Shown piece after piece: positions 24,556 through 35,707 of a DNA stretch of 64,000 bases (positions are counted from its first letter, which is position 1; each line of letters begins with the position of its first letter). The position numbers and the translations under genes were made by a program. This DNA comes from Eledone cirrhosa. Taxonomy: Eukaryota. The stretch lies in the NCBI GenBank assembly GCA_964016885.1, contig CAXHJY010000151.1:1-64000 (forward strand). The letters run 5' to 3'. The notes below the pieces were generated by a model, which saw only the letters and a list, made by a program, of their open reading frames with translations, was not told the origin of the DNA and ran no database searches.

Positions 24556-25207
24556 ATAGTAATAATAATAATAGTAATAGTAATAATACAGCCAATTTTC
24601 CACGCAATACTTTTAGTTAGCACCCCGAACGCATAATTGGGAATATAATCACTTATTTCCTAATGTTTGTTGAGTGAGTTGGGAAAAAAAACTTGGGAAA
24701 TATATTTTCAGGGTCTCAAAATCTTAAAGAGAAAAAAAAGTCCTGTGGAAGGTAGCAAAACAATTAGGAAGAAAATGGTTTGAAGTTGGTTGGTGAGTAT
24801 AAGATTACAGTATCTTGTTGATTTCTATAAAGTTTACTTTTAACTGAATTGGTAAAAATGGATAAATTAGAAGACACAATATAATAACTAATATTGTCTT
24901 CTAAAACAGGGAATAAAAATATGTTGGTGTATTGGGGGGGGGGGGGGGTAAACATGTGAGTTAATGGGAATGTTTTTGTTTGTTTTTATTGAAACATATT
25001 CAATCTACAGATAGGTTGTTATAGTTATTTAGTCTCGGGTCTGCCATTATCTGCAGATTTATAATTGAGGGGTGTTCCAGGTGTGACCACCCTACATTAT
25101 TCCTAGAGATTGTTACTCCTTCATTCTTCAGTCATCTTGGTCTTCTTATGAGATGGTGGTGTAGTCTTATTTATTGTTAAGGTTATGGTCTTCCTTTGTC
25201 CACACTC

Positions 25208-25249
<42 letters not shown>

Positions 25250-25519
25250 AAAGGCTTCCTTCTCTGGAAAAAGATGATTTAATATTCACAACCATCTGTC
25301 TAATTGTTTTCTGATGAGAATAAAGTTAATCTTGCTTGTATGTCTACCTGATCAAATGACTGGCTGATATCTTGAAGTCATTTACACCACAGAACTGTAG
25401 GAGTCTTGATCCCTCAAGCCATACCTCTAGCCATCATGTACTCCAAAAGAGTCTCACCTTGGTGCTACTCAACATGTCCATTAAATTTAGCAGCAAGGAT
25501 GCCCTCTTCTTAGTGAGAG

Positions 25520-26280
25520 ACAACTACAAGAGAGGTTCTTAGAGAAGAATAAGCCACTATAGTTAACTTTTGTTGACATAGAGAACCCCGATCTGTCATC
25601 TGGTGGTCCTTAAGGAAACTAGGTGTAGGGGAATGGCTTGTGAGGACAGTGCAAGCTATGTACAAGGGTGCTGTCAGTAAAGTGAGAGGAGGAATTCCAG
25701 AAACAAAGTAGGTGTACATCAGGGTTCGGTCCTCAGTCCGCTCTTGTTCATTATAGTCCTCCCTCCCTCCCTCCCTCCCTCCCTCCAAGCCATAACAGAG
25801 GAGGAGTAGTTTAAGACTGGATGCCCATGGGAACTTCTCTATGCTGACGATCTGGTTCTTATAGCAGAATCAGTAGAGGAGCTAGCTAGAGAATAAATTC
25901 TGGCTATGGAAACAGCAGTAGTTGGAATCAAGAAGACTGAGAGTGAACCTAGCTAAGACAAAAGTGTTTATAAGTAGAAGAGAGGACAAAACTCTGATTC
26001 TGTCAGGGAAATGGCCATGTTCGATATGTAGGAAAGGAGTTGGCATAAATTCTATGAAATGTAGTACGCAATGCAGATCTTGGCTACACAAGAGATGTAG
26101 TGGGATAGCAGGAAAACTGACTGACAGGTAGGGAGAAATACGTATGCAGTAGATGTACAGGGAAATTTGACAGAGATTGCAGTGATAGACACATTTTTCA
26201 AATGCAGGTGGGATCTATAGAGGGAGTTGATAGCTTCTGATACCTAGGTGATCAGATTAGTAAGGGAGGAGGGTGATATA
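25520..26280 (+). pseudogene. Decayed RTE-like RT core followed by a PHD-like Cys/His domain
   Basis: HQGSVLSPLLFIIVL, CPWELLYADDLVLIAES, then PCSICRKGVGINSMKC.TQCRSWLHKRC. Confidence 0.8.
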
Positions 26281-26804
26281 AAATATATTGTTATCATGAC
26301 TGTCTTTATTATTTAAATTACCTCTGTCTATTTACAGATTTTACAGAGTGTACTGGGTGCTTTTATGATGGGAGCAGCAACTCTATACGATTTTACAGAG
26401 TGTACTTGGTGCTTTTATCATGGCACATGGCAGCAGCAGCAGCAGCAACTACGATTTTACAGAGTGTACTTGGTGCTTTTTACTCTGACATCAGCACTGA
26501 GGAAGTTGTCATATTTTCAGCTAAATTAATGAGTAGAAAAACCAAGTTTCTGCTACAAAAAATTCTCAGATTCAAGGGAGACATTCAGTTTAAGTATGGT
26601 ATACTGTCACTAAGGCAGCAAATTGGCAGAGTCGCTAGAATATCAGATAGCATTCTTTACATTATTTGTTTCAGCTCTCTGTTCTCTCAATTCAAATCCT
26701 GCTCAGGTCAACTTTGCCTTTCATCCATACAAAATAGATTAATAAAAGTACCAGTGTATTACTGGGGTCAATTCTTCTTCTAACTCTTCTGCACTTCCAT
26801 TCTC

Positions 26805-26841
<37 letters not shown>

Positions 26842-27403
26842 GCTTCTTTAGAACACATCTGCTGTATTCAGACCTGGAGCGGAGATGGGCTCCACCAAGT
26901 TTTAAAAATTGCCCTTTAAGCGCTGTATGTCAATATGGTGCCCCTATGATTCCCTCCCTCAGGAGTTATGGGACCATAGATACTGTCAATTGTAAAGAAT
27001 AACAGAGATATTCAGTGCTAGTGTGGTGTTCTGTCAGTTGTGGAGATTGATGAATCTAAACAGAAATATCAACAGCACTTTTCATTTCTGAGTAACACAT
27101 TTGTTACCAAGTGCTGCATGGCTGGAATGAAAATCAGTGCTGTGAAAACCAAGACATTCATCCTCTCAAGGAAGCTTGTGCAGTGCACTCTACATGTAAA
27201 TGGAGTCCCACTGAAGCAGGTAGAAAAGTTCATGTATCTCGAAGCTGTGTTCACGAGTGATGACAGAGACGGCAAAGGCACAACACACAACAGAAGAAAA
27301 GAACAATGACAATTATTATTATTATTATTATTATTATTATTTGTTTTATTAGTTTTATTATAATAAAAATTGTGCTGTTAGTTTGCTTGCTATACCATCA
27401 TGT

Positions 27404-27490
27404 ACCCTAACCCTAAACCTAACCCCAACTCCAACTCTGACCCTAAACCTAACCCCAACCCCAACCCTAACCCTAACCCTAACCCTAACC
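27404..27490 (+). repeat. Interstitial telomere-like tract, C-strand (CCCTAA/CCCCAA)
   Basis: About 14 hexamers, ending in near-perfect (CCCTAA)n that abuts the 169-bp array. Confidence 0.9.
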
Positions 27491-28580
27491 CACGATAGAA
27501 GACGTTCGTTACCGCTGGAGCAACGCAAATTACTCCTCGGTTGACGCCAAAAACGAACGCCTTCTCGACGGCTAGCCGCATTTCGTGATCCGCCTTTCGA
27601 TTGCGCTTCCGTCGCGGAAAAAGAATTGCCTTTATAGGCCGCCGCCGCCCGACCGGACCCACGATAGAAGACGTTCGTTACCGCTGGAGCAACGCAAATT
27701 ACTCCTCGGTTGACGCCAAAAACGAACGCCTTCTCGACGGCTAGCCGCATTTCGTGATCCGCCTTTCGATTGCGCTTCCGTCGCGGAAAAAGAATTGCCT
27801 TTATAGGCCGCCGCCGCCCGACCGGACCCACGATAGAAGACGTTCGTTACCGCTGGAGCAACGCAAATTACTCCTCGGTTGACGCCAAAAACGAACGCCT
27901 TCTCGACGGCTAGCCGCATTTCGTGATCCGCCTTTCGATTGCGCTTCCGTCGCGGAAAAAGAATTGCCTTTATAGGCCGCCGCCGCCCGACCGGACCCAC
28001 GATAGAAGACGTTCGTTACCGCTGGAGCAACGCAAATTACTCCTCGGTTGACGCCAAAAACGAACGCCTTCTCGACGGCTAGCCGCATTTCGTGATCCGC
28101 CTTTCGATTGCGCTTCCGTCGCGGAAAAAGAATTGCCTTTATAGGCCGCCGCCGCCCGACCGGACCCACGATAGAAGACGTTCGTTACCGCTGGAGCAAC
28201 GCAAATTACTCCTCGGTTGACGCCAAAAACGAACGCCTTCTCGACGGCTAGCCGCATTTCGTGATCCGCCTTTCGATTGCGCTTCCGTCGCGGAAAAAGA
28301 ATTGCCTTTATAGGCCGCCGCCGCCCGACCGGACCCACGATAGAAGACGTTCGTTACCGCTGGAGCAACGCAAATTACTCCTCGGTTGACGCCAAAAACG
28401 AACGCCTTCTCCACGGCTAGCCGCATTTCGTGATCCGCCTTTCGATTGCGCTTCCGTCGCGGAAAAAGAATTGCCTTTATAGGCCGCCGCCGCCGCCCGA
28501 CCGGACCCACGATAGAAGACGTTCGTTACCGCTGGAGCAACGCAAATTACTCCTCGGTTGACGCCAAAAACGAACGCCTT
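27491..28580 (+). repeat. 169-bp GC-rich tandem array (6 full plus 1 partial), rDNA spacer/ETS-like
   Basis: Units start at 27491, 27660, 27829, 27998, 28167, 28336 and 28508 and are nearly identical. Lies ~360 bp upstream of an 18S 5' end. Confidence 0.93.
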
Positions 28581-28938
28581 CCGGTTCGGGCGACGTAAAA
28601 GTCTGTAGCCTTTTCGCCGATCCTCGACGATTATCCGCCTTCCGAACAACCGCCTTTCCGCCGTCACAGCAGTAGGTACTCGTCCGTCGTAATAGCCGTC
28701 ATTTTAATGCAGGAGAAACGCCTAAATGCACTGCGATTGACGACGATCTACGACGCGCTTACTCTTCCTTGCTGCGACGAAGGTTTCGTTCGGCTTTTCG
28801 TCGTGGACCCGGTCAGGTCATGCCGCTGATCTCGCGTTGCGTCGTTACCGCTGGAGCAACGCAAATTACTCCTCGTTTAACGCCAACATCGAACGCGCTT
28901 CGGTTCTCGGTCGTCGTTGTTTTGTTTCGTGCGGAAGA

Positions 28939-29124
28939 TACCTGGGTGATCCTGCCAGTAGTCATATGCTTGTCTCAAAGCTTAAGCCATGCAAGTGGAA
29001 GTTCATGCCGTAAACGAAAATGGTGAAACCGCGAATGGCTCAGGAACCGGATCTAATCCTCGGGACCGTATTCCTCACCGCGAGGAGAGGATAACTGTGG
29101 CAATTCTAGAGCTAATACATGCAA
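28939..29124 (+). rRNA. 18S rRNA 5'-terminal fragment (~185 nt); not a complete gene
   Basis: TACCTGGGTGATCCTGCCAGTAGTCATATGCTTGTCTCAAAG.TTAAGCCATGCA ... GTGAAACCGCGAATGGCTCA ... GGATAACTGTGGCAATTCTAGAGCTAATACATGC matches the universal eukaryotic SSU start. Confidence 0.93.
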
Positions 29125-29130
29125 TTGAGA

Positions 29131-32100
29131 TCGGAGAGGGAGCGATCCGTCTGCTTGATTCCGATAACGAACGAGACATTCGTATCCGAAAGAACGTTTG
29201 TCTGGAAACTGGTGCAGTCAGTGAGTCGAAAAAAAAATATCTCGGTGGTAGTAGCAAATATTCGAACGAGACATTCGTATGCGAAAGAACGTTTGTCGGT
29301 GGTAGTAGCAAATATTCGAACGAGACATTCGTATGCGAAAGAACGTTTGTCGGTGGTAGTAGCAAATATTCGAACGAGACATTCGTATGCGAAAGAACGT
29401 TTGTCTGGAAGTGGCGATCCATGCCCGGTGGATAGTTGGTTCCGGGTTTTACTATGATTGTTGCAAAACAAAAACTTAAAGGGATTGACAGAATTTGCGA
29501 TTCCGGAGAGAGGGCGATCCGTCTGCTTGATTCCGATAACGAACGAGACATTCGTATCCGAAAGAACGTTTGTCTGGAAACTAGTGAGTCAGTGAGTCGA
29601 AAAAAAAATATCTCGGTGGTAGTAGCAAATATTCGAACGAGACATTCGTATGCGAAAGAACGTTTGTCGGTGGTAGTAGCAAATATTCGAACGAGACATT
29701 CGTATGCGAAAGAACGTTTGTCTGGAAGTGGCGATCCATGCCCGGTGGATAGTTGGTTCCGGGTTTTACTATGATTGTTGCAAAACAGAAACTTAAAGGG
29801 ATTGACAGAATTTGCGATTACGGAGAGGGGGCGATCCGTCTGCTTGATTCCGATAACGAACGAGACATTCGTATCCGAAAGAACGTTTGTCTGGAAACTG
29901 GTGAGTCAGTGAGTCGAAAAAAAAATATCTCGGTGGTAGTGGCAAATATTCGAACGAGACATTCGTATGCGAAAGAACGTTTGTCGGTGGTAGTAGCAAA
30001 TATTCGAACGAGACATTCGTATGCGAAAGAACGTTTGTCTGGAAGTGGCGATCCATGCCCGGTGGATAGTTGGTTCCGGGTTTTACTATGATTGTTGCAA
30101 AACAGAAACTTAAAGGGATTGACAGAATTTGCGATTACGGAGAGGGGGCGATCCGTCTGCTTGATTCCGATAACGAACGAGACATTCGTATCCGAAAGAA
30201 CGTTTGTCTGGAAACTGGTGAGTCAGTGAGTCGAAAAAAAAATATCTCGGTGGTAGTAGCAAATATTCGAACGAGACATTCGTATGCGAAAGAACGTTTG
30301 TCGGTGGTAGTAGCAAATATTCGAACGAGACATTCGTATGCGAAAGAACGTTTGTCTGGAAGTTGCGATCCATGCCCTGTGGATAGTTGGTTCCGGGTTT
30401 TACTATGATTGTTGCAAAACAGAAACTTAAAGGGATTGACAGAATTTGCGATTCCGGAGAGGGGGCAATCCGTCTGCTTGATTCCGATAACGAACGAGAC
30501 ATTCGTATCCGAAAGAACGTTTGTCTGGAAACTGGTGAGTCAGTGAGTCGAAAAAAAAAATATCTCGGTGGTAGTAGCAAATATTCGAACGAGACATTCG
30601 TATGCGAAAGAACGTGTGTCGGTGGTAGTAGCAAATATTCGAACGAGACATTCGTATGCGAAAGAACGTTTGTCTGGAAGTGGCGATCCATGCTCGGTGG
30701 ATAGTTGGTTCCGGGTTTTACTATGATTGTTGCAAAACAGAAACTTAAAGGGATTGACAGAATTTGCGATTCCGGAGAGGGGGCGATCCGTCTGCTTGAT
30801 TCCGATAACGAACGAGACATTCGTATCCGAAAGAACGTTTGTCTGGAAACTGGTGAGTCAGTGAGTCGAAAAAAAAATATCTCGGTGGTAGTAGCAAATA
30901 TTAGAACGAGACATTCGTATGCGAAAGAACGTTTGTCGGTGGTAGTAGCAAATATTCGAACGAGACATTCGTATGCGAAAGAACGTTTGTCGGTGGTAGT
31001 AGCAAATATTCGAACGAGACATTCGTATGCGAAAGAACGTTTGTCTGGAAACTGGTGAGTCAGTGAGTCGAAAAAAAAATATCTCGGTGGTAGTAGCAAA
31101 TATTCGAACGAGACATTCGTATGCGAAAGAACGTTTGTCGGTGGTAGTAGCAAATATTCGAACGAGACATTCGTATGCGAAAGAACGTTTGTCTGGAAGT
31201 GGCGATCCATGCCCGGTGGTAGTTGGTTCCGGGTTTTACTATGATTGTTGCAAAACAGAAACTTAAAGGGATTGACAGAATTTGCGATTCCGGAGAGGGG
31301 GCGATCCGTCTGCTTGAATCCGATAACGAACGAGACATTCGTATCCGAAAGAACGTTTGTCTGGAAACTGGTGAGTCAGTGAGTCGAAAAAAAAATATCT
31401 CGGTGGTAGTAGCAAATATTCGAACGAGACATTCGTATGCGAAAGAACGTTTGTCGGTGGTAGTAGCAAATATTCGAACGAGACATTCGTATGCGAAAGA
31501 ACGTTTGTCTGGAAGTGGCGATCCATGCCCGGTGGATAGTTGGTTCCGGGTTTTACTATGATTGTTGCAAAACAGAAACTTAAAGGGATTGACAGAATTT
31601 GCGATTCCGGAGAGGGGGCGATCCGTCTGCTTGAATCCGATAACGAACGAGACATTCGTATCCGAAAGAACGTTTGTCTGGAAACTGGTGAGTCAGTGAG
31701 TCGAAAAAAAAATATCTCGGTGGTAGTAGCAAATATTCGTATGCGAAAGAAAAGATCTCGGTGGTAGTAGCAAATATTCGAACGAGACATTCGTAGGCGA
31801 AAGAAAAATATCTCGGTGGTAGTAGCAAATATTCGAACGAGACATTCGTATTCGAAAGAACGTTTGTCTGGAAGTTGCGATCCATGCCCGGTGGATAGTT
31901 GGTTCCGGGCTTTACTATGATTGTTGCAAAACAGAAACTTAAAGGGATTGACAGAATTTGCGATTCCGGAGAGGGGGCGATCCGTCTGCTTGATTTCGAT
32001 AACGAACGAGACATTCGTATCCGAAAGAACGTTTGTCTGGAAACTGGTGAGTCAGTGAGTCGAAAAAAAAATATCTCGGTGGTAGTAGCAAATATTCGAA

Positions 32101-34170
32101 CGAGACATTCGTATGCGAAAGAACGTTTGTCGGTGGTAGTAGCAAATATTCGAACGAGACATTCGTATGCGAAAGAACGTTTGTCTGGAAGTGGCGATCC
32201 ATGCCCGGTGGATAGTTGGTTCCGGGTTTTACTATGATTGTTGCAAAACAGAAACTTAAAGGGATTGACAGAATTTGCGATTCCAGAGAGAGGGCGATCC
32301 GTCTGCTTGATTCCGATAACGAACGAGACATTCGTATCCGAAAGAACGTTTGTCTGGAAACTGGTGAGTCAGTGAGTCGAAAAAAAAATATCTCGGTGGT
32401 AGTAGCAAATATTCGAACGAGACATTCGTATGCGAAAGAACGTTTGTCTGGAAGTGGCGATCCATGCTCGGTGGATAGTTGGTTCCGGGTTTTACTATGA
32501 TTGTTGCAAAACAGAAACTTAAAGGGATTGACAGAATTTGCGATTCCGGAGAGGGGGCGATCCGTCTGCTTGATTCCGATAACGAACGAGACATTCGTAT
32601 CCGAAAGAACGTTTGTCTGGAAACTGGTGAGTCAGTGAGTCGAAAAAAAAAATATCTCGGTGGTAGTAGCAAATATTCGAACGAGACATTCGTATGCGAA
32701 AGAACGTTTGTCGGTGGTAGTAGCAAATATTCGAACGAGACATTCGTATGCGAAAGAACGTTTGTCTGGAAGTGGCGATCCATGCCCGGTGGATAGTTGG
32801 TTCCGGGTTTTACTATGATTGTTGCAAAACAGAAACTTAAAGGGATTGACAGAATTTGCGATTCCGGAGAGGGGGCGATCCGTCTGCTTGATTCCGATAA
32901 CGAACGAGACATTCGTATCCGAAAGAACGTTTGTCTGGAAACTGGTGAGTCAGTGAGTCGAAAAAAAAAATATCTCGGTGGTAGTAGCAAATATTCGAAC
33001 GAGACATTCGTATGCGAAAGAAAAATATCTCGGTGGTAGTAGCAAATATTCGAACGAGACATTCGTATGCGAAAGAACGTTTGTCGGTGGTAGTAGCAAA
33101 TATTCGAACGAGACATTCGTATGCGAAAGAACGTTTGTCTGGAAGTGGCGATCCATGCCCGGTGGATAGTTGGTTCCGGGTTTTACTATGATTGTTGCAA
33201 AACAGAAACTTAAAGGGATTGACAGAATTTGCGATTCCGGAGAGAGGGCGATCCGTCTGCTAGATTCCGATAACGAACGAGACATTCGTATCCGAGAGAA
33301 CGTTTGTCTGGAAACTGGTGAGTCAGTGAGTCGAAAAAAAAATATCTCGGTGGTAGTAGCAAATATTCGAACGAGACATTCGTATGCGAAAGAAAAATAT
33401 CTCGGTGGTAGTAGCAAATATTCGAACGAGACATTCGTATGCGAAAGAACGTTTGTCTGGAAGTGGCGATCCATGCCCGGTGGATAGTTGGTTCCGGGTT
33501 TTACTATGATTGTTGCAAAACAGAAACTTAAAGGGATTGACAGAATTTGCCATTCCGGAGAGGGGGCGATCCGTCTGCTTGATTCCGATAACGAACGAGA
33601 CATTCGTATCCGAAAGAACGTTTGTCTGGAAACTGGTGAGTCAGTGAGTCGAAAAAAAAATATCTCGGTGGTAGTAGCAAATATTCGAACGAGACATTCG
33701 TATGCGAAAGAACGTTTGTCTGGAAGTGGCGATCCATGCTCGGTGGATAGTTGGTTCCGGGTTTTACTATGATTGTTGCAAAACAGAAACTTAAAGGGAT
33801 TGACAGAATTTGCGATTCCGGAGAGGGGGCGATCCGTCTGCTTGATTCCGATAACGAACGAGACATTCGTATCCGAAAGAATGTTTGTCTGGAAACTGGT
33901 GAGTCAGTGAGTCGAAAAAAAAATATCTCGGTGGTAGTAGCAAATATTCGTATGCGAAAGAAAAGATCTCGGTGGTAGTAGCAAATATTCGAACGAGACA
34001 TTCGTAGGCGAAAGAAAAATATCTCGGTGGTAGTAGCAAATATTCGAACGAGACATTCGTATTCGAAAGAACGTTTGTCTGGAAGTTGCGATCCATGCCC
34101 GGTGGATAGTTGGTTCCGGGCTTTACTATGATTGTTGCAAAACAGAAACTTAAAGGAATTGACAGAATTT
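29131..34170 (+). repeat. Tandem array of 15 rRNA-mosaic units (typically 317 bp, range 263-518) with an internal 54-bp subrepeat
   Basis: Each unit has 18S-like GATTCCGGAGAGGG, ATTCCGATAACGAACGAGAC and GGTTCCGGG...GAAACTTAAAGG.ATTGAC, plus 28S-like ATCTCGGTGGTAGTAGCAAATATTCGAACGAGA. Confidence 0.92.
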
Positions 34171-34194
34171 TCGAATCGACATCAACTCGGCTAC

Positions 34195-34550
34195 GGCTAT
34201 CCCGTCGAGTACGAGAGTATCGCGGGATCAGAGCAACGGTTTGCTAGGCTGCCTCTGAGCGATAACGGCTGAACGCCTCCTCTAAGCCGGAACCCTAGCC
34301 GGACCCGAGTTGTTTTTCGACAAGCGTCTCGACCTTCTTAAGGCCCATGCCTTAGTTTGGCGATTGCCGTCCGTTCGCCGACGGCGGCAGCGTCAGCGGA
34401 AATGCCATTCTGTGACGACTACGACGATTCGTCGTCGTCGTCGTCCATTCGATTTCCTGAAAGAGATAGAGACTAAAGTGATCAAATTGTTCGGAGTTAC
34501 GTGCTTAGTAGAGCAGCTACCACACTGCAATCTATTGAGAGTTTTCTGAC
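34195..34550 (+). rRNA. Diverged 28S rRNA 3'-terminal fragment (sarcin-ricin loop to 3' end)
   Basis: AGTACGAGAG (34208-34217), CTGAACGCCTC..TAAG, and AGAGCAGCTACCACACTGCAATCTATTGA occur in the order expected for the metazoan LSU 3' end. Confidence 0.82.
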
Positions 34551-35574
34551 GAACGATACAATCCGCCCACGTGGCGCCAGAAAGGGAGAAGAAAAGAAAA
34601 GTTAGACGCCGCCGATCGATCGGTTCGTTGTTTTACGTGTACACAGCTTGTGTGTGTGTCTGTATGTGATACAAGCCGCCTATCCGTCTTCCAAGTAAGT
34701 TTTGTGTGTAGACTGCGGAAAGAAATCCAATCCGCCGTCTAGGCGGTTCTGCCGCCGACCCATACTTTTGCGAGTCGCTCCCGGGAAAGACAGGCGGCAA
34801 GACGGCGTGTATACACGACGCCTTCCGTCTTCCGCCTCGAACCCGGGCAAACGTTCCTTTATTCGTCCACGCCTTCCCGCTTCGATCGCGAGAAAGTAAT
34901 CAATCTGTTTTGTGTGTGTGTCTGTGTGTGATACAAATTTGTTTTCTTAATTTGATAACCATGAATTGTTTCAACACCGGCCCTTTTCAGGGCCACTTAT
35001 ATTTTCAATAATCAGTTTAAATGGGTTGCACCGTAGCCACTTGGTAATACACTGCAAATCTCCCGTCAATCTATGAAGGTTTTGTAGTAGATTAGATCAA
35101 AACACAATCAGCAAGACAGTAATGGAATGAATAATATAAACATTTGTTTATAATTAAAGCCTTAAGATGTCCCTCCCTCCCTCCCTTCCTCCCTTCCTTC
35201 CTTCCTTCCTTCCTTCCTTACGATATACACTTTAATAACATTGAAACTTATTTAATAAGTTTAAATTTTAAACACTTTTTATTCAGACGTACCGCGATAA
35301 GTAACTAGATATGTTCTAACGAATAATCCGCGATGTGGCGAGGATTACCGCGATAGGAAATTAGATACGTTCCAAAGAAATATCCGCGAAAAGTGAACCG
35401 CGATATAGCGGGTTCACCAGCCAGTGTATTACTGGTACTTTATTTTATCGACCCCCATAAGGATGAAAGGCAAAGTTAACTGTGCAATAACAAAGGGAGA
35501 TAACCTCGTCTTTTTTTTTTTACGGAGTTATTTCCCTTTAAATTTTATCTATTACTTATGATGATACAATTTAA

Positions 35575-35707
35575 TCAGTTCTTAGCTGTCGAGACACTGC
35601 ATCCTTTAAAACCTCCATGGAACAAGCTACCTGCAACAGTTGTTAGCTGTCGAGACACTGCATCTTTTAAAACCTCCATGGAACAAACTACCTGCATCAG
35701 TTGTTAG
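35575..35707 (+). repeat. Two 61-bp tandem units derived from a CR1 ORF2 3' end
   Basis: TTAGCTGTCGAGACACTGCATCCTTTAA...CATGGAACAA.CTACCTGCA matches the reverse complement of ~14250-14310. Confidence 0.8.

Noticed and set aside
27491-28580. Self-cleaving ribozyme in the structured 169-bp repeat
   Set aside because: No hammerhead CTGANGA/GAAA core or HDV-like topology is recognisable by eye. A covariance-model search would be needed.
29131-34170. CRISPR-like appearance of short regularly spaced repeats
   Set aside because: The intervening sequences are themselves repeated rather than unique spacers. There are no cas genes and the context is eukaryotic.
28939-34550. A functional 18S-5.8S-28S gene
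   Set aside because: Only the termini and short scrambled motifs are present. No 5.8S is seen, most core domains are missing, and the SRL is altered.
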